Shown: piece after piece, positions 57,440 through 64,000 of the stretch
Numbering within the stretch: the stretch's first letter is position 1
Layout of the letters: every line of letters starts with the position of its first letter
Assembly: GCA_019704295.1 (NCBI GenBank)
Contig: AP024596.1
Coordinates: 736,001 to 800,000, forward strand
Direction: 5' to 3'
DNA from: Sulfolobales archaeon HS-7
Lineage (GTDB): Archaea; Thermoproteota; Thermoprotei_A; Sulfolobales; Sulfolobaceae
DNA: 64,000 nt
Translations under genes and position numbers: made by a program
The notes under the pieces: model-generated
What the model was told of the DNA's origin: nothing
Seen by the model: the letters and a program-made list of their open reading frames with translations, nothing else
Database searches by the model: none

Positions 57440-59014
57440 ATGAGTAATAAGCTATACGCAATAGTCGTAGGCGTAATAACCACATTATTTATTATATTCC
57501 ATTCTATTGTACTATTAGCAGCTTCTATATTTCTATTAATTATATCTTATATTATATATAGAAATAAGCAAATTAATATAGACAATTTATATAAGACTTT
57601 ATCTATGTCTAACAATGTATACACTTACGTTGAAAATAACAAGTTTAAGGCATCAGTGATGTTTAAGTTGATACTAAAAAACAACGATAATTACTATATT
57701 CAGCAATTGAATTCCCTAATTAACGCTCTGTCTCATAGAGAATCTTCATGTGAATATTATATAATAAATAGAATTAATAAGAGAGCGGGTGCTGTTCTTC
57801 TCATAACTGCTATCAATGACGATAAAGAGAAGGCAGAAGAGTTTGTAATAAATGAGGCAAAACTAGTATTATCGTTGGCCAAGGGCGTTTGCCCATCGCT
57901 AGAATTTTACCCTGTCGGACAAAGCAATGTCTTTATTCCAATTCCTTCTCAGGTGGGGAACTTAACTTTTACTACCATTACAGAATATGTTCCATCTCTT
58001 CCTAGCAGAAATAAGATCCTTACCACATATGAAATAGAACTAGGGGAATTAAACGATGGATTCGATAATAAGATAGGGCTTCGTCTTCAGGATTTAACCA
58101 AACACTTAGCAATTTTCGGTGCAACGGGAAGTGGTAAATCTACAACTTCACTTAAGCTTATAAAAGAAGTAAGGAAAAAGGGGGTTAATGTAGTAGTTAT
58201 TGATTGGCATGGGGAATACGCTGAGAAACTTATTAATGAAGAGTATATTTTATACAATACAAATAATCCATTTAAAATAAATCCGCTTTCTTCTTCTGAC
58301 GTGGATGACATTACTGAAATTTTTGGGGATGTATTCCAACTTACAGAGCCGCAAAGATATGTACTATTTAGTGCTATTAGGAACTTGAAAAAAGTAAGCG
58401 ATCCCAAGCCATCCCTATTACTTGATGCTATTTATAAAATAGACGAGACGAGCTATTGGCAGAGGGAGATCAAATATGCTCTAATTAGGAAACTATATCT
58501 TCTATCGTCAAAGGAGGCACGCAACATATTATCAGAGAAAGGATGTGATATCTCTGCATTATTTTCTGATATAGATAAAATTAAATTATTTGACTTAAGT
58601 TTTATTTCCAGCATAAAGCTTAGGAGGATTTATACGTTAATGCTAATAAAGTTAATAAATGAATATATTATTAAAAATAGAAAAGACTTTATTACATTAG
58701 TAGTACTCGAAGAAGCTCATAATTATATAATAAAAGGAAACTTATATATTGAGAGTTTACTCGCAGAAATAAGAAAATTCAATATAGCTCTCTGTATTAT
58801 CTCACAGTCTCCATCATCGTTATCAGACGCTGTAATGAAAAACACTAGTATAAAGATCATACACTCCATCAAAGCTGACGTGGATAAGAGGATTATAAGA
58901 GACTCAATGTCAATCGACAGCGAACTCTATTCTATTCTCGATAAACTTCCTTATGGAGTATGTATATTACAGGCTCCTAATATATTATCACCAGTAATTA
59001 TAAATGTTAAGTAG
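57440..59014 (+). CDS. Membrane-anchored HerA/VirB4-like (DUF87) ATPase
   Basis: N-terminal TM segment, HLAIFGATGSGKS, IDWHGEY, VLEEAH, EIRKF, ISQSPS. Confidence 0.88.
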   Translation: MSNKLYAIVVGVITTLFIIFHSIVLLAASIFLLIISYIIYRNKQINIDNLYKTLSMSNNVYTYVENNKFKASVMFKLILKNNDNYYIQQLNSLINALSHRESSCEYYIINRINKRAGAVLLITAINDDKEKAEEFVINEAKLVLSLAKGVCPSLEFYPVGQSNVFIPIPSQVGNLTFTTITEYVPSLPSRNKILTTYEIELGELNDGFDNKIGLRLQDLTKHLAIFGATGSGKSTTSLKLIKEVRKKGVNVVVIDWHGEYAEKLINEEYILYNTNNPFKINPLSSSDVDDITEIFGDVFQLTEPQRYVLFSAIRNLKKVSDPKPSLLLDAIYKIDETSYWQREIKYALIRKLYLLSSKEARNILSEKGCDISALFSDIDKIKLFDLSFISSIKLRRIYTLMLIKLINEYIIKNRKDFITLVVLEEAHNYIIKGNLYIESLLAEIRKFNIALCIISQSPSSLSDAVMKNTSIKIIHSIKADVDKRIIRDSMSIDSELYSILDKLPYGVCILQAPNILSPVIINVK

Positions 59015-59439
59015 TATTGTTCTTTCTGAATTTATTTGAGAACTAAATTAGCTTAAGGTGAAAATTTTCGATAGTAGTTTATCTTAACGTGGAATACTCG
59101 ACTCCTACCTATAAGTAATACTTGTTGTACAAATATATCGGCTCTATAACAACACTAATATTGTAATCGGATGTGGAGAAACACTTATAACGAATCTCCT
59201 AAAAATTAATGAAAATTGAATACTGTATATAAGAGAAGAGGTAATGTTATAAATCTATGTTAAAAATTTATATTGACCAGTCTTACGCGAACTGAAGTCC
59301 TTGGGAAGAATGTAATACATCTATTTCCTTTGTTATACTTCTTTTATAATTATATTAAAGCGGTCTATAGTATTTTGTTATGAATAGATTTTAGATGCAC
59401 ACCCACAAACAAATAACACTCCCAACATACGCTAGGTAA

Positions 59440-59756
59440 AATGTACATTGATACTTTCAAATAATACCGTGTTACCAGGTAATGTAGAGTACACGAATTA
59501 CCTTATTGAACCACTTAATATTTATTTATGATTCTAATAACTAATACATTTATGTAACAGATTAAGCAGATCACGTTATTTCTGTTATTTAATCCTCCGA
59601 TTAATCTGGTTGTAACAGATATATCCAGTTGGAATGAATCCTTATGGTAATACTTATGATCCATCAAACGGATACATATATAACATAATAATACTCTGAT
59701 AACGTTTCTGTTATTAATCCTTATAACAGATCAATTTACTAGGTAATATAACAGTT
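59440..59756 (+). pseudogene. YVTN/YncE beta-propeller repeat protein remnant
   Basis: Broken repeats YDSNN-YIYVTD, PVGMNPYG.TYDPSNGY, SDNVSVINP, NITVG; interrupted by the MITE at 59757. Confidence 0.7.
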
Positions 59757-59916
59757 GGACAATTCACCCATTGATTGCGAATTCGGCTTATTTAGAAATT
59801 AGGATAAATTGAATTGAATGCGATCGTATTGACTGGTAGAGATTGCGCTTAGCAATTTCCTTTATTTAATACTTATTTACAATAATTACAATTCGCAATG
59901 GAAACATGAATCGCCC
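59757..59916. mobile_element. ~160-bp MITE, uninterrupted copy
   Basis: Imperfect 28-bp TIRs GGACAATTCACCCATTGATTGCGAATTC / CAATTCGCAATGGAAACATGAATCGCCC; homologous to 1492-1618 plus 3023-3057. Confidence 0.8.
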
Positions 59917-59940
59917 TTGTTCAGTTATTCACATCAATTA

Positions 59941-60001
59941 AACACCGAACATTGTCGAGTGGAGATACAGGAAGCCCTGACTGTAGGGGAGGGCAGTTCA
60001 T
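59941..60001 (+). mobile_element. Isolated IS200/IS605 right-end remnant
   Basis: CAGGAAGCCCT...AGGGCAGTTCAT hairpin and terminal motif. Confidence 0.6.
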
Positions 60002-60026
60002 TCGCTCTGTCTTAACTTGAGAAGCG

Positions 60027-61247
60027 TTAGAGTAGGAATATCGGTTTAGTTAGATGCCTATATACCCTTGAATAATATAATCCTTCCGATATATTTCTTG
60101 GAATTTCATTAATTTCCTTTTCTGCCTTTATTAAATTTCCGCACCTTTTACATCTGAATCCCTTATTTTTACCTACTGACTCTGTGGGGCCGCCGCAATG
60201 CGTACATTTAGGGTTTCTCTTCATTAGTTTTTTTTCTAGTGTTAAAATTTCAATACGTTCTACGTCTATTATACTCCCGTATATTGACGAGGGCTTTACG
60301 TCACCCCAAATCCTCACTTTATCTCCCTTTATCAGGAATGACGTTACCGTATTTAGTTCTCCTGTTTCCTTATATATAATGAACTTTAGACCGTTTTCAT
60401 CTTCGATAATTACGTCACCCCCTATAACTTTACTTATCTTCCTTACAGTAATCTCCTTGATTATAGTACCGTAGATATTTTTAGTCGTTTTAATGAAGTG
60501 TGCATCAGTCCCCTGATTAGTTTTAAACATCAACTTTCCATCGTATTTCTCATCAGACAATATTAGTTTAGATGCTGAAGCAACAGTTACTGGATTTTTA
60601 CCTCTTATTCCATAGAATACTGGATCTTTTCCATGCGATATTATGCTCAATTTACGCCTAATATAATCATAATTTCCAAATAACGATGGAAATCCGAAAT
60701 CATCAAGATTTTTTGTTATAGATATTTTTCTGGCAGTTCCCCAATACTCGGGTTTCCTATATACTAACATTTCAAATGTAAACTCTCCAAAGAATCCTAA
60801 ACTAGCCAACGAGCCAATTATGCCTCTTTTTCCTCTTACTAAAGCTCCGGTTTTCCTCGCTACCTTCTCCGCAACATCTAGGGTTATAACGTCTGTTAAT
60901 GCTTTAATATACAGATTATTAAGCACATCTGTTTTACTTTCTGCAACCATAGCAATACCAGGACTTCTGTTCATTTTATCAGCACGTGAAACGGTTTCTA
61001 TATATTCTAATGACATGTTCCAGACAATATCGAATATTGTTAGAGGATCGTCATAATTTAACCATATAGCTACTGCAGCATTTCCTCTAGTCTTCCATGG
61101 AATGTTAGGGTTTAGTCTAATTAACCAGGGAAAATCCAATAATTTTGCCCCTTTTTTCAAAATAGCCTTAATTACCGAATATCCGAAATGTGTAGTACAT
61201 CCAGCTATCTGCGAATCGTGATCATCAAAGGCGATTCCGATTTTCAT
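60027..61247 (-). CDS. tiaS: tRNA(Ile2) agmatinylcytidine synthase
   Basis: DDHDS..GCTT, LIRLNPNIPWKTRGN, TNQGTD, C-terminal Zn ribbon. Confidence 0.95.
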   Translation of the reverse strand: MKIGIAFDDHDSQIAGCTTHFGYSVIKAILKKGAKLLDFPWLIRLNPNIPWKTRGNAAVAIWLNYDDPLTIFDIVWNMSLEYIETVSRADKMNRSPGIAMVAESKTDVLNNLYIKALTDVITLDVAEKVARKTGALVRGKRGIIGSLASLGFFGEFTFEMLVYRKPEYWGTARKISITKNLDDFGFPSLFGNYDYIRRKLSIISHGKDPVFYGIRGKNPVTVASASKLILSDEKYDGKLMFKTNQGTDAHFIKTTKNIYGTIIKEITVRKISKVIGGDVIIEDENGLKFIIYKETGELNTVTSFLIKGDKVRIWGDVKPSSIYGSIIDVERIEILTLEKKLMKRNPKCTHCGGPTESVGKNKGFRCKRCGNLIKAEKEINEIPRNISEGLYYSRVYRHLTKPIFLL

Positions 61248-61250
61248 ATT

Positions 61251-61499
61251 TTAACGCGTCATAGCCTTACTTTCTACTATTATCATTGTTATAGTAGATT
61301 TAACTTTTGGTAGTTTTCTTATATAATTTGAAATATTTTCCCTTAACTGGTCCATCGAACTAGACTCTATCTTAACAACTATATCGTATACGCTATATAC
61401 GACAAACACTTCTTTGACTTCAGGGATTGTTTTTAATTTTTCAAAGACTTCGTCCTCTGCTCCTGGTTCCACATTTATAAGCACGAAAGCACTAGCCAT
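61251..61499 (-). CDS. Stand-alone Lrp/AsnC ligand-binding (RAM) domain protein
   Basis: AFVLIN...PEVKEVFVVYSVYDIVVKI...STITMI; no HTH. Confidence 0.88.
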   Translation of the reverse strand: MASAFVLINVEPGAEDEVFEKLKTIPEVKEVFVVYSVYDIVVKIESSSMDQLRENISNYIRKLPKVKSTITMIIVESKAMTR

Positions 61500-61692
61500 T
61501 CTAGGAAAGATATTCGGTATATATTATATAAATTTTCGGTTTTACTCAAGCACATATTTATGAACTTAACAATTTTAAAGAGAATAACGTTAACTTTCTT
61601 ATTTCATCAGAAGAATATTTAGTGTTAGCATTTAGATAAAGAGGTAGACGACCTGTATTAATGATAGTCGCTAACTTATCGGTTATCACTAG

Positions 61693-62061
61693 GACAGTGT
61701 CCAATGTGTAATTAACAGAATAACTAAATAAACTAAAAAGTTAAAAAATACGTTTCTTTAGAATTAAATTCGCTTAATTACGAGTATAAAAGCAATATAA
61801 AAGAGGTTTATTAATAGTAAGTACGAGTAACGATATATTTCTTAACAATAAAAGCTAAAAAGAGGTTTTGGCGTTATGAGTTAAAAGTTAGTAGAGGGTA
61901 AGACCGGATATCTTTAAGCTTAAAAAGTCAGTAAAGGAGTTTGATCTCTCGTAATTCTCCCTATACTATAGTCCTGATTATACGTTGCGAGTTGGATTAT
62001 TCCTGTATATTAAGATCTAGTTTTTAAACTAACTAACATTTATTACGCATAGGACATCGTC
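61693..62061. mobile_element. ~365-bp MITE, complete copy
   Basis: TIR GACAGTGTCCAATGTGTAAT / ATTACGCATAGGACATCGTC. Confidence 0.85.
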
Positions 62062-62073
62062 ACGGGATGACTC

Positions 62074-63084
62074 TTAATCCTTAGCGAGCATATCTATAAC
62101 AGATTCCGCAATATCTATACTATACCTGCTTATCCTCCTTAAAGAGTCAACGACCATAAGAAGCGAGACAGCGGTAGCGATGGAAGAATTGAGGTGTAAT
62201 ATGCTTTCAGAAAGTCGTATACTCTCTCTTAATGCATCTCCACTATTACTAATAATTTCATGGGCTAATTCCTTTTTCTTATTTCTAAATGCGTTAATTG
62301 AATTTTTATATATATCCAATATTTTTATACCACTATTGAATAAGAGCTCTCTAATCTCTAATGGCGCTGATATAGATTGAGTAACGAGTTGGGAAATTCT
62401 TGTCGCGTGATCTGATATTCTTTCGATGGATTTTGACACCATGTATATATTCATTATCTGACTGGAGTTAAAGCCGTCATCCTCAAGGATATTAGGTGAT
62501 AAAAGTCCTATTGAAAGCTGTCGTACAATATAGAAGTAGAATCGATCTACTTCATCATCTCTTACTTGTACCTCCTTCGCAGTTTCTGAATCGCCTTCTC
62601 TTAATGCCATTATGGAGTCTCTAAACATGAACTGACTTAAGTTAGCTGCTCTGATTATTGCTTTAAGCAGGGGAAGTTCCTTTGTTCCGACAAGAAATTG
62701 AATCTCAAGGGAATCGACATCTTCCTCTATTACTTCTGCCCCCAGTAATCTATTTCTTACGTTATTTTTTATAAACTCTTTATCCTCGCTTTTCATTTTT
62801 TTACAGATCAATTTAACTAATGAATATCCCGCCATATAATATGCAATGAATTCCCGAACCGCAATTTCTGGATTTGCCGTTTCACACTGCACGCTAGCTT
62901 GAGGAAAATTCTCGGAATCTAGTCCTTTTTTTGGGGATAAAATTAACCTCATATCGTTCTGAAGAGCGAGCTCTACTTCATCTCCAACTTTAAGCTTTAG
63001 CTGCTTGACCCATTCCTTTGGAAGGGATACTATATAGGTGGAGCCACCTGTTAATTGTACCCTCCTAGTAATTGTTTTATACAT
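62074..63084 (-). CDS. AbrB-PhoU phosphate uptake regulator
   Basis: RRVQLTGGSTYIVSLPKEW AbrB domain; DDEVDR and IERISDHA PhoU motifs. Confidence 0.92.
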   Translation of the reverse strand: MYKTITRRVQLTGGSTYIVSLPKEWVKQLKLKVGDEVELALQNDMRLILSPKKGLDSENFPQASVQCETANPEIAVREFIAYYMAGYSLVKLICKKMKSEDKEFIKNNVRNRLLGAEVIEEDVDSLEIQFLVGTKELPLLKAIIRAANLSQFMFRDSIMALREGDSETAKEVQVRDDEVDRFYFYIVRQLSIGLLSPNILEDDGFNSSQIMNIYMVSKSIERISDHATRISQLVTQSISAPLEIRELLFNSGIKILDIYKNSINAFRNKKKELAHEIISNSGDALRESIRLSESILHLNSSIATAVSLLMVVDSLRRISRYSIDIAESVIDMLAKD

Positions 63085-63106
63085 TAAGTTATATATAAAT
63101 AATGCT

Positions 63107-63568
63107 CTAACTATTTAGTCTTTCGTTATTTAATCGGAGAACTCTATATGCTTCATCTATTACCTTATCTGCATTAACTGTATTGGGTGCTAAGGCGGTT
63201 TCGATCTCATACTCGGACGACATATAAAATAAAGGTTCTATAATCGATGATAATTCTGGTATAGCCCCTAATTCCCTTTCATTGAAGGTCTTGAGGATTC
63301 TTAGAAGCTCGGGTAATGTATGATAAAGTGCATTAGTTGTTAAGATTGTTTCCACCCTTATTTCTATAATTTCTAAGATATATTGCATTACCTTTAACTT
63401 CGAGAGAAGGGATACTAGCTGAGTTTTTTCCTTCTCATATACCTCAAGTCTTGGAAAGTTATCAATTTTATAATTAATTTTTCTACTTAACCTGTCTATT
63501 TTGAATATAGCAAGCCTTACTCCAGATAACAATTCTGCTAATGATTGCTTTTTCGTCTTTGTCAGCAT
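63107..63568 (-). CDS. Probable ESCRT-III paralogue (CdvB3-like)
   Basis: Helical Snf7-like pattern (YILEIIEIRVETI...IPEL...ADKVIDEA), next to the AbrB-PhoU gene. Confidence 0.55.
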   Translation of the reverse strand: MLTKTKKQSLAELLSGVRLAIFKIDRLSRKINYKIDNFPRLEVYEKEKTQLVSLLSKLKVMQYILEIIEIRVETILTTNALYHTLPELLRILKTFNERELGAIPELSSIIEPLFYMSSEYEIETALAPNTVNADKVIDEAYRVLRLNNERLNS

Positions 63569-64000
63569 TACGTTATTATCCTTGCTCTTATTACAGTTAT
63601 AAACTAATTAACCCATTAAGTGGGCTAAGTATGCCTTACAATAGAGCTTCCCACTTCACGGCATTATCGTATCTGTAGCATCTCTAAACATAAAAAGCGT
63701 AAGATCCTGTATTATACTTCCTTAATAACATAAGAATCAACACTTATAATCATTAAGGTAATATAAGGATTACTCTCAGGATTGTTAGCGAAGGCTCGGA
63801 ATCACAGGAAGACGAGGGTTAACGCAACAATGCCCAATATGCAAAGTGCTGGTTTAAAAACTTAATTTTAAGATATAGAAATAGTATGTGTTTAGAATCC
63901 AATGGAGAATATAATACTTTAGATAGATTATCAGGGATTGAACACCTTTGCTAATCTCCAGGACTAATAACGTGTGACGGTTTAGGAACCGTAGTAAACG

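Overview
AT-rich core-genome region of a Sulfolobales (Thermoproteota/Crenarchaeota) archaeon. It carries the RNA polymerase/str gene cluster (rpoH-rpoB-rpoA1-rpoA2-rpl30e-nusA-rps12, rps7, tuf, rps10), fusA, ileS, hisS, thyX, purB, tiaS, xpf, cdc6-1/orc1-1 and tfb3. RNA genes are RNase P RNA, four tRNAs (Gly-TCC, Phe-GAA with intron, Ser-GGA, Ala-GGC) and candidate guide sRNAs. A probable replication origin with three ORB boxes lies at about 22.7-23.0 kb. Most of the larger intergenic gaps hold decayed or nested IS/MITE relics (ISH3, IS630, IS110, IS200/IS605-TnpB, IS607-type ends); no intact transposase and no CRISPR array were seen. Most notable: (i) an IS110 relic whose ends predict a circle-junction archaeal promoter driving a structured, bridge-RNA-like leader; (ii) TnpB right-end/omega-RNA scaffolds facing the 3' ends of convergent housekeeping genes; (iii) the origin separated from cdc6-1, with the RNAP operon head-on to it; (iv) an inversion of the DUF151-rps7 block inside the str operon; (v) deviations in normally invariant information machinery: a bulged A instead of U in RNase P P4, a 10-nt tRNA intron, rpl30e without a canonical start and in frame with rpoA2, and bacterial-like motifs in EF-1alpha domain II. 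All calls were made by eye; no database searches were run.
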